A DNA stretch of 64,000 nucleotides from Flavobacterium sp. (GTDB taxonomy: Bacteria; Bacteroidota; Bacteroidia; Flavobacteriales; Flavobacteriaceae): NCBI RefSeq assembly GCF_003497625.1, contig NZ_DNNO01000031.1. One strand, given 5' to 3'. The translations under genes and the position numbers were made by a program. Positions 29,104 through 36,564 of the stretch are shown one piece after another; positions within the stretch are counted from its first letter, which is position 1, and the number at the start of each line of letters is the position of its first letter. The notes beneath the pieces were generated by a model that was not told the origin of the DNA, did no database searches, and saw only the letters and a list, made by a program, of their open reading frames with translations.

Positions 29104-29226
29104 AAACGCAAAAAAGAACACGTCAAGCCCAGTAAATACAGCCTATATAATGCTAGTGTTCCTCGTTTTCAAAAGTGCGCCTATAGAACAATTTTCAAAT
29201 GATGTTTTTAACCAAAAGAAATTAAG

Positions 29227-30144
29227 ATGAAAAAAACGATACAAACACCAGCATTTACAAACCTTTACAACGAATTTGAAAGCTTCGTTAGAGTTAGAAA
29301 CTACAAACAAGGCAAAAGCAAAATGTATCAAAGTGTGGTATCGGAATTTTTATCATGGTTGGAACAAAACGGAATCACCAAAATCAAAGAGGTTAGCTCT
29401 GAAATCTCAATCCAATATTTTGAGTATTTAATCACAAGACCCAAACTAAGAGCCGAAGGGACACTTTCTGAAAAGTCCATCAAGTTTCATTTGTTCGTAT
29501 TGGGATTATTTGTGTTAAACCTTTTAGAAACCAATCAAATTGAAAAAGCGTTTTACATTCCGAGCTACAGCGGAGCAAACGAAAAACCAAGAAATATCAT
29601 TTCGGTTGCTGAGGTTCAAATGTTGTACATGAGCGCACAAAACGAGCTTGAAAAGGCATTGTTGTCGGTGGCGTATGGTTGTGGTCTTAGAAGGTCTGAA
29701 ATTCACTCTTTGGATGTAAAAGATGTGCAACTATCCATCGGAATGTTAATTGTTAGAAAAGGTAAAAATTCCAAACGCAGAGAAGTTCCCATGAGTGATA
29801 ATGTAATAAGCCATTTGAGAAAATACATCACCGAAGAACGCTACGAGCGATTAGAAGGAAAACCCCAATTGGAAGATGCTTTTTTCATAAACAACAAAGG
29901 CAAGCGAATGAGTGGGGAGCATCTGAATGATACGCTAAAGAATCTGATTGAAAGCACCAATAATTACGAGCTGATTCAAAAGGAAATAACGCTTCATTGT
30001 CTCAGACATAGTATTGCGTTCCACTTAGCAGAAAACAACGCAGGAATCGACTTTATACGCAGGTTTTTGGGTCATTCACAAATCAACACCACGTATTTGT
30101 ATGCGATTAAGAACAAAAAACGAAAACCAACAACAACCTTTTAA
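29227..30144 (+). CDS. tyrosine recombinase/integrase (XerC/D-like), first of a back-to-back pair
   Basis: Catalytic motifs GCGLRRSEI (Arg I), HCLRHSIA (HxxR) and GHSQINTTYLYA (His...Tyr). Confidence 0.9.
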   Translation: MKKTIQTPAFTNLYNEFESFVRVRNYKQGKSKMYQSVVSEFLSWLEQNGITKIKEVSSEISIQYFEYLITRPKLRAEGTLSEKSIKFHLFVLGLFVLNLLETNQIEKAFYIPSYSGANEKPRNIISVAEVQMLYMSAQNELEKALLSVAYGCGLRRSEIHSLDVKDVQLSIGMLIVRKGKNSKRREVPMSDNVISHLRKYITEERYERLEGKPQLEDAFFINNKGKRMSGEHLNDTLKNLIESTNNYELIQKEITLHCLRHSIAFHLAENNAGIDFIRRFLGHSQINTTYLYAIKNKKRKPTTTF

Positions 30145-30147
30145 CTT

Positions 30148-31023
30148 TTGCCTATGAAAACACCAACGTTAGAAATGTTTTTAAACGAAATGTTGACCAC
30201 CAAAACCGCTGAAAGCTATTTGTACACCATCAATCATTTTATTAAAACCAATCCAAAGGCAAAGCGTTACAAGTTTAAAGAAGTGGTGCAATACATGGAA
30301 CTAGTGAACCAAAAACAATCCAATCCACAATACAGAATCCGAATCCTATCCGCTATAAAAAAGTATTACGATTATTTGATAATTACAGGGCAACGAAGCG
30401 ACCACCCATGTAAGAAACTAAACATCAAAAGAAACAGTAATCAAGCTATTCAAACGCAGGATTTATTTTCTAGTGAGGAATTGGAGCTACTACTCCAAAG
30501 GGAAAACCGCTATTGGTTTTTAGAGTTACGCAATCAAGTTCTTTTAGGATTACTGATTTATCAAGGATTATCCAGTGAGGAAATAATTAGGCTCGAATTA
30601 AAAAATATCGATTTGGATAATGGAACAATCTACGTTAAAGCTTCAAAGAATCTCAACCGAAGAACCCTAGAACTCAAACCAAAACAAATCCTACCACTAT
30701 CAAAATACATTGATGAGGTTAGACCTAAAATGCTAATGATGAAAACCGATGTGCTGGTGCTAAACAAGTTGGGAAAACCTTTTACCGTTGATGGTGTTGG
30801 GTCGATAATTGAACCGTTAAAGTGTTTATTCCCCGATAGAAAACTCAATCCGCAAACTATCCGCATGAGTGTTATTTGTAATTGGTTAAACGAACGTAAA
30901 TTGACATTGGAGCAAACGCAAGAACTCGCAGGGCATAAATGGATAGGCACAACGGAGAAATACATCAAATCGGATGCTAAAAACGAACGGGAATTGATAA
31001 ACAGGTATTTTCCTAAGTTGTAA
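30148..31023 (+). CDS. tyrosine recombinase/integrase, second of the pair, with Ser at the Arg I position
   Basis: It starts 3 nt after the stop of the previous gene. GLSSEEI occupies the usual GLRxSE position, and IRMSV and GHKWIGTTEKYIKS (His...Tyr) are retained. Confidence 0.85.
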   Translation: MPMKTPTLEMFLNEMLTTKTAESYLYTINHFIKTNPKAKRYKFKEVVQYMELVNQKQSNPQYRIRILSAIKKYYDYLIITGQRSDHPCKKLNIKRNSNQAIQTQDLFSSEELELLLQRENRYWFLELRNQVLLGLLIYQGLSSEEIIRLELKNIDLDNGTIYVKASKNLNRRTLELKPKQILPLSKYIDEVRPKMLMMKTDVLVLNKLGKPFTVDGVGSIIEPLKCLFPDRKLNPQTIRMSVICNWLNERKLTLEQTQELAGHKWIGTTEKYIKSDAKNERELINRYFPKL

Positions 31024-31233
31024 AATTTACGGAATATTGTAACTGGTATGATAATTGTTGTACTAATAATCAGAAAGTTAAAAAGTGATTAACGTATTAT
31101 TTAGAACGTATATAAATAAAGAACTTTAACTAAATTTTAGTGCACGCATGCATACAAGTAATAGAACAAATTAATACTTTTGTTCCATAATTAAACAGTG
31201 CTTAAACACTAAGTAATTAAAAAACAACTACCT

Positions 31234-31401
31234 ATGAAAATTAGTAAACTATACGGCAAGAAAGCAAAAGTTGCTTCTAAGGCGGTAAAAGTTAGTAATT
31301 CAACTTCAAAAATCGCTGTGGTAAAACATGAATTCCGTGTTATATCTGCTGACGAAATTAACAATAACAGGTCTAGTGCTTATCAGTATTTAGCATTTTA
31401 A
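31234..31401 (+). CDS. possible 55-aa basic protein (hypothetical)
   Basis: MKISKLYGKKAKVASKAVKV...SAYQYLAF. It is preceded by a -7-like box, TACTTTTG (31175-31182), and ends 25 nt before the next ORF. Not in the ORF track because it is shorter than 60 aa. Confidence 0.3.
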   Translation: MKISKLYGKKAKVASKAVKVSNSTSKIAVVKHEFRVISADEINNNRSSAYQYLAF

Positions 31402-31426
31402 TCATTGATTTATATCGTATATTTTA

Positions 31427-32014
31427 ATGATGGCTTTGACACGTTATGACTTCTATAAAATTCAAGGCAATCGGAAAAATAAAGACAAAGTAGAGCTATA
31501 TAGGTTTAAGAACGAATTCAAAGACATTTATATAGTAGAAATTTTTCATTACGATTTCAATGTTTACGCTATCAAGTTTTATTTAAAGAATCATTCCGAT
31601 TCAAAAAAGCGTTATAATATTTGTTACAAAGCTGAGTTTAAAAAAAATTTAGGTTTTGAAACTGGTAATTCAAATTTCATCAAAGTACTGAATACAATTC
31701 TTTCGATAGTTATTGAAATTAGAAAAAAAGACGAATTAGCATCATTCGGATTTATGGGTGCTCCAAAGGAAAGTGAAGCAGACCCCGAAGTAAATTCATC
31801 AAATATCAATTTAGATTGTACTGTAGCTGATACCAAACGATATAGAGTTTACCATCTTTACACAAGAAAGTACTTCAATCCTAGTGATTTTGAATATATT
31901 GATAGTAAGAGTTCTAGCATATTGTTACTTAGAAACAACAAAAACAAAGAAACGTTAACTAAAGACGTTGCGGAAAATTATATTATAAACACAATTATTC
32001 CGAGTTTAACATAA
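31427..32014 (+). CDS. hypothetical protein (195 aa), element cargo of unknown function
   Basis: Clean ORF followed by two strong terminators. I cannot recognise any motif. Confidence 0.6.
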   Translation: MMALTRYDFYKIQGNRKNKDKVELYRFKNEFKDIYIVEIFHYDFNVYAIKFYLKNHSDSKKRYNICYKAEFKKNLGFETGNSNFIKVLNTILSIVIEIRKKDELASFGFMGAPKESEADPEVNSSNINLDCTVADTKRYRVYHLYTRKYFNPSDFEYIDSKSSSILLLRNNKNKETLTKDVAENYIINTIIPSLT

Positions 32015-32022
32015 ATGAATTT

Positions 32023-32048
32023 AAGCCCTCAAATCGAGGGCTTTTTTT
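32023..32048 (+). terminator. rho-independent terminator
   Basis: aagccctc aaatc gagggctt followed by a T7 run. Confidence 0.8.
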
Positions 32049-32096
32049 ATGCCTTAATCTGGACAGATTTTTTTTCGTCCGATTTGTCCACTCATC

Positions 32097-32121
32097 AACC
32101 CAGTGTTTACTGGGTTTTTTT
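32097..32121 (+). terminator. second rho-independent terminator
   Basis: aacccagt gttt actgggtt followed by a T7 run. Iteron-like half-sites GGACA (32061) and TGTCCA (32085) lie just upstream. Confidence 0.7.
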
Positions 32122-32464
32122 ATTATGTTGTAATAATTAAAATTTAATAAACTCTTTATTTATAAGTCTTAACAGAGTTTTTCAATTGAATTTTGATGTC
32201 CTTTTTTTTAATCTCCACAATTTTCAATTTTGAATTATTAATAATGGTTATTTCTTAAATTAAAAAACAATGAATTTACTTAACACCACAATTACGAACC
32301 ATTGATTTTACTGGATTTTAAACTGTCCTATTTTTTTAAAACCCCAATAAATAACTTCGTTGCGTTAAAAAGGAACAAAGTTACACAATGACGTAAAAAG
32401 ATATTTTTTAGTTTGTAAACTAATTTGAAAAAGTAGATATAATGTTAAAGTAATAAATAATGAT

Positions 32465-32641
32465 ATGAGTAATTTAATAATAGTTTTGACCTTTGTGCTG
32501 GTTCTGCTAGTTTTGTTTGCGAGCTTACCCCCTAAAAGAGCCTATGATGCTGTAAATTGTTTTAAAATTTTAGCAGGAGCGTTTTCAATTAATAAATTGT
32601 GTGAAGCTTTAATTGAATATTTTAGGAACAATAAAAAATAG
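32465..32641 (+). CDS. possible 58-aa membrane peptide (hypothetical)
   Basis: MSNLIIVLTFVLVLLVLFASLPPKRAY... has one TM helix. It lies ~100 nt upstream of the rhs core stub. Below the ORF-track cut-off and speculative. Confidence 0.2.
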   Translation: MSNLIIVLTFVLVLLVLFASLPPKRAYDAVNCFKILAGAFSINKLCEALIEYFRNNKK

Positions 32642-32741
32642 TTTCTGTTTTTTATTGAAAATCCTTACATTTGAATCGCTATGATTTAATGAAAAAAGTA
32701 CGTTCTTAATCCATTAGAGCAGTTTCACAAAGGCGTATAAG

Positions 32742-32858
32742 TATAAATACAACGGAAAGGAATATCAAGATGAGTTAGGGCTTAACATGTACGATTATGG
32801 AGCAAGGAATTATGACCCTGCACTAGGTAGATGGATGAATATTGACCCGTTGGCGGAG
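32742..32858 (+). repeat. rhs core-end repeat, copy 2
   Basis: See 22327..22443. Confidence 0.85.
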
Positions 32859-33650
32859 AAATATTACTCATTGTCTTCATATAATTACACATCTAACAAT
32901 CCTATTAGATTTATAGACCCTAATGGAGAAGATATTTACATAATGCTCTATACAAGCGGTAATGACCATGGAGATAGAATGTTCAAAGCGGCAGCTGAAA
33001 CTAGGAAAAAGAACATTGAAGAAGGAAAAGGTTTTGACCCCAAAAAGGATATTGTCTTGATGTTGGAAGTTACTGATTTAGGTAAGTTGAAAGATATGAT
33101 TGAGGGTGCAATAGATGAGAACAGTGAAAAGTATGGTGAAACACAGGAGGTAGGGATGTGGTCTCATGCTGGTTTAGATGGTCCAATAGGTACTGAAGAG
33201 ACTTCTGAAAATCAATTAGGTGGAGTTTCAACACAAATGACTTTACAAGGTTGGGGAAATATTGATTTTAACTGGAAGAATAATGGGAATGGTACTAATC
33301 TTTCTTTTTATGGATGCAATACTGGTAATTCAGAATATAGAGGTGATTCTTTTGCGACAAATATATCAGGATTAGACAATTATAAAAATGTAAATGTTTC
33401 GGGTCAAACAACTTCAGCCTACCCTTCACTTTTTACTAATAAACGTGTTACAACTATTGCTAGAAATGGAAATTTATGGGGAGCGTGGACATTAGGAGGA
33501 GATACATACATGGTAGGTGGAAACAAAGGTCAAGGATATCAATCTACATCACCGTCAATAAAAGAAAATTATCCTTCTGCGAATCCTATGCAAGTTAGTA
33601 AGAATGGAGCAATCACTAAAACAATTTATCAACCAGGGACTAAATTCTAA
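32742..33650 (+). pseudogene. orphan (displaced) rhs module: core-end stub plus alternative C-terminal toxin tip CT2
   Basis: The in-frame sequence reads [42 protein letters not shown]...FIDPNGE followed by a new ~245-aa tip. The frame is closed by TAG at ~32713, so there is no rhs body. Only the internal ATG at 32787 could initiate translation. Confidence 0.85.
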
Positions 33651-33656
33651 TTAGTT

Positions 33657-34064
33657 ATGAAAAAAACAAATAAATTATTTTTATTACTTTTTGTGTTTTT
33701 CTTTAGTTGTGGAAAAAAAAATAGTTTAGAGCTAAACTTTTCTGAACAACTTAAGGATGTAGATTTTAAAATTGAAATGAGAGCATTAGGTAGTAATATA
33801 CCTAAAAAAGTAATTTATGACGGAAGTAAAAAATACGAGATACCATTTGAATATGGTGAGAATGAATGGTATTTTAGCTACAAGGATAGTGTCTATGCTT
33901 ACTTCAGGCATATAAAGACAAATAGAAATGATGGGCATAATTATAATTATAATTTTATAAAAGAAGGTGATAGAATTAAAGTTGAGATTATTATTTTAGG
34001 TGTAAGTAAAGTAAATAGAAGTGTATATTTTTCAACTAATAAAATAGACAGTTTTACTCGATAA
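33657..34064 (+). CDS. putative immunity lipoprotein for CT2
   Basis: It starts 7 nt after the CT2 stop. The lipoprotein signal is MKKTNKLFLLLFVFFFSCGKK. Confidence 0.65.
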   Translation: MKKTNKLFLLLFVFFFSCGKKNSLELNFSEQLKDVDFKIEMRALGSNIPKKVIYDGSKKYEIPFEYGENEWYFSYKDSVYAYFRHIKTNRNDGHNYNYNFIKEGDRIKVEIIILGVSKVNRSVYFSTNKIDSFTR

Positions 34065-34152
34065 GCTGGATTTGCTAATGTATCAGATTTGTGATACAAC
34101 CATTCATAAATCTTAATTAAAACAGGATTAGTTAACTAGTTCGCAAACAATT

Positions 34153-34191
34153 AAACGGCATTGATGTATGATTCAGAAATGCCGTTTTTTT
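34153..34191 (+). terminator. rho-independent terminator (copy of 23594..23632)
   Basis: Same aaacggcatt / aatgccgttt stem followed by a T-run. Confidence 0.7.
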
Positions 34192-34242
34192 AATAGCAAA
34201 AACAAGAAATCCTAACCGTTAAAAGTTAGGATTCTTTTTGTT

Positions 34243-34605
34243 TTATATACGTCCGCTGGCACGTAATCCTTTTTTTATTTCATGTATGTCATTCCAAAAA
34301 ATTTCAAAGTTATTTCTATTATATGCTTGAATTAAAGTATTAATTCCATCGGGCGGAAATTTATCCTTGAAATAATTGTTGGTTAAAATGTGATACTTAG
34401 TTGATATTAGTGTGGTATCTTCATTACTATTCTTGAAAAAGAAATTATATTTTTCTCTTAATTTTTCCTTTAACAAATCATTGTCGGCTTGGTTTGAATC
34501 ATCGATTAAAATTTCTTCAGGAACTTTATTTTCAACTGTTGTTTGTTCTTCAGGTTGATTTGGTTCTTCTACCTCATCAGGTTCGTTTTCGGGTTCATTT
34601 AAGTT
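34243..34605 (-). pseudogene. 5'-truncated second copy of the Rep-like HTH gene
   Basis: It encodes NLNEPENEPDEVEEPNQPEEQTTVENKVPEEILIDDSNQADNDLLKEKLREKYNFFFKN...LRASGRI, which is ~85% identical to the C-terminal half of the 23685..24407 product. The N-terminal half has been replaced by the IS. Confidence 0.85.
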
Positions 34606-35463
34606 GGTAATGTTTCAGATTTAGTGATGAGCACTTTTTTGATGTTTAACAAATTGATAATCAACAAAAATTAAAAATAATTGTAAAAAAGATGAGCTAC
34701 ATAGTTCATCTTTTTTTATGTTTAAAGCTCTTAAATCTAAGAAAATGATAAAAAATGAAACCTCGTGTGTCAGATTTAGTGATAATAAAATTTGCCCAAG
34801 TTGTAGTTCAAATCATGTTATCAAAAACGGTTTTACAGCAAATAAAAAGCAACAGTTTATTTGTAAATCATGTAAAAATAGATTTATAGATTTTTATACT
34901 TATAAAGCCTATAATCATTGGGTAGATAAAAGAATTGTTCAATTTACAAAAGAAGGATTGGGTATACGAAGCACAGCAAGAATTTTAAAAATATCGACAA
35001 CTACCTTATTGAAAAGAATAATTGCAATTGCTAAGAAAATCCCTAGCAAACCTATTTTTAAACACAAAACCTATGAAGTTGACGAGATCAGAACGTTTAT
35101 AAAAAACAAAGAAAAACCAATTTGGATTGTCTATGCCTTGGAAAGAAAAACTAAACAAGTTGTAAATTTTAGCATTGGCAGAAGAACTAAAAGAACATTG
35201 CAATATGTAACTAATACGTTATTGTTGTCCAATCCTAAAACAATTTATACAGATAAGCTAGTGCATTATAAGTCATTACTAAATAATGTTGTACACAATA
35301 CAAAGCCTTTTGGTACAAATCACATAGAAAGAAAAAACCTTTCATTAAGGACTCATCTCAAAAGACTTAATAGGAAAACTATTTGCTTTTCAAGAAGTTT
35401 TATATTGTTGCAATGTGTTTTGAGGATTTATTTTTGGGGATAGAAATTTACTAGTTATTCACC
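34606..35463 (+). mobile_element. IS1-family insertion sequence (left end clear, right end tentative)
   Basis: The left end GGTAATGTTTCAGATTTAGTGATG resembles the E. coli IS1 IR (GGTGATGCTGCCAACTTACTGATTTAGTG). It carries a single fused InsAB-like ORF. The right end is only weakly inverted (GGGTGAATAAC read from 35464). No target-site duplication is visible. Confidence 0.7.
34718..35443 (+). CDS. IS1-family transposase (fused InsA-InsB type)
   Basis: N-terminal zinc finger CPSC...CKSC, HTH segment GLGIRSTARILKISTTTL, and C-terminal NHIERKNLSLRTHLKRLNRKTICFSRS matching the IS1 InsB [26 protein letters not shown]. The start may instead be ATG 34745. Confidence 0.85.
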   Translation: MFKALKSKKMIKNETSCVRFSDNKICPSCSSNHVIKNGFTANKKQQFICKSCKNRFIDFYTYKAYNHWVDKRIVQFTKEGLGIRSTARILKISTTTLLKRIIAIAKKIPSKPIFKHKTYEVDEIRTFIKNKEKPIWIVYALERKTKQVVNFSIGRRTKRTLQYVTNTLLLSNPKTIYTDKLVHYKSLLNNVVHNTKPFGTNHIERKNLSLRTHLKRLNRKTICFSRSFILLQCVLRIYFWG

Positions 35464-35996
35464 CAAATTATCAAGTTACTAATATCTGCTCCTTCAAATT
35501 TCTGTGAGGTTATAAAATTGATTTTATTTTCTTTGATATTGAATCTTAAAATATATTCATTAATTATCAAGCAAGTATTAAATCGATTAGCTATAAAAAA
35601 GTAACCAATTTCGCATTTTGTTTTTTTATATTTAAGTTCTTTAATAAAATTTAAAATGAATGAATTTAATGTCTCTCCAAAATAATTGTTTTCACAATTA
35701 AAGTCTTTAGAAAAATGAGATTTTACATAAGATGAATTCCCATTTTTACATGAATCTAGAAAACTTTTTATAATTAAAGTTTTTTCAATATCATCATTTT
35801 CAATACGTTTATTCTTTTTACAGACTTCATAAAATACCTCATTTAGCCTTTTTCTAAGCTCTAAGTTCTTTGGGTCAAAAAGAATTGCTCTCTTGTAGTG
35901 TACAACAGCTTTTTCAATTGAATATATATCATTTTCAATCAAATGCCTTTCAGCTGATTCCAAATAATACTCTGATATTTCTTTATCTGTTTTCAT
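35451..35996 (-). CDS. hypothetical protein (181 aa)
   Basis: Intact ORF with a TPR-like N-terminal helix pair. It is followed upstream (36040-36400, minus strand) by start-less ORF fragments of a similar type. Confidence 0.45.
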   Translation of the reverse strand: MKTDKEISEYYLESAERHLIENDIYSIEKAVVHYKRAILFDPKNLELRKRLNEVFYEVCKKNKRIENDDIEKTLIIKSFLDSCKNGNSSYVKSHFSKDFNCENNYFGETLNSFILNFIKELKYKKTKCEIGYFFIANRFNTCLIINEYILRFNIKENKINFITSQKFEGADISNLIIWVNN

Positions 35997-36380
35997 AGTG
36001 TAATAAATAGTTAATTTAATATCAAAATAAATGCCATTATTTCAATTTATTTTTAACTCTTAAGTTTTCTACAATCAATAATTCCTCATAAATTGTGTTC
36101 GATTTTTCACTTGTTATCTGTACTAAATGAGACTTATCAGGATTTTCTTGGTAAGTCTTTTTTATTTTTTATTTATAAGTGTCTGAAAAACAATTAGTTA
36201 ACCCAAATAAAACCGCTGTTTTTGAGGTTAGATATTCTTTGTTTTTAAGTGAATATTGTAAGCCTTCAGGAAATAGTAATTTTTGTAATACTCTCTTTTG
36301 GTTGTATTCTAGGTTTTTGTAGAATTCAGGAGGGTTCACAGCGATTTTAGTAAAATACTTTATGGCTTTTTCTTGGTTAG

Positions 36381-36465
36381 ATTTTTATACTTACAACTTT
36401 ATATAATTATTTAGGTAGACAAAAGAATTATTCAATTTACAAGAGAAGGATTAGTTATAATAAGT
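36381..36465 (+). mobile_element. relic: internal fragment of an IS1-family transposase gene
   Basis: atttttatacttacaac...ggtagacaaaagaattattcaatttacaagagaaggatta aligns with 34898..34980 of the intact IS at ~80% identity. There is no surrounding ORF. Confidence 0.6.
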
Positions 36466-36515
36466 AATCAAATCCTAACAGATTTGAAGCTTTCCTTGTT
36501 TTAACAATTGTCATT

Positions 36516-36548
36516 AAAAAAGCCACTTGAACTTCAAGTGGCTTTTTC
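36516..36548 (-). terminator. bidirectional rho-independent terminator downstream of the amylase gene
   Basis: aaaaagccacttgaa / ttcaagtggcttttt stem. Confidence 0.75.
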
Positions 36549-36564
36549 TTAACTAACTATAAAT

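Larger units (their letters stand above)
34074..34605 (+). repeat. direct repeat R, copy 2 (cut by the IS1-family element)
   Basis: See 23514..24047. Homology stops exactly at the IS left end at 34606. Confidence 0.85.

Noticed and set aside
29143-29331. 62-aa minus-strand ORF between the helicase-like gene and the first integrase of the pair
   Set aside because: It overlaps the integrase start and the intergenic promoter region. It has no motif and no independent support.
25791-31023. Recombinase-in-trio (RIT) element
   Set aside because: Only two of the three recombinase genes are adjacent. The third is a short catalytic-domain-only gene 2.9 kb away, with replication genes in between.
24400-32700. 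Compositional (G+C) shift marking the plasmid-like element as foreign
   Set aside because: Spot counts gave ~43% for one element line, ~40% for one PUL line and ~23% for one kinase-gene line. A by-eye estimate cannot separate the element from core genes. This needs a sliding-window calculation.
35099-35107. A6C (AAAAAAC) slippery motif in the IS1-family transposase, as in the E. coli IS1 insA/insB frameshift
   Set aside because: The transposase here is one continuous ORF, so no frameshift is needed. The heptamer is expected by chance in AT-rich sequence.
35445-35495. Clear right inverted repeat of the IS1-family element
   Set aside because: There are only weak matches: GGGTGAATAAC at the terminus and ACTAATATCTG at 35479. 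I keep the right boundary as tentative rather than calling an IRR.
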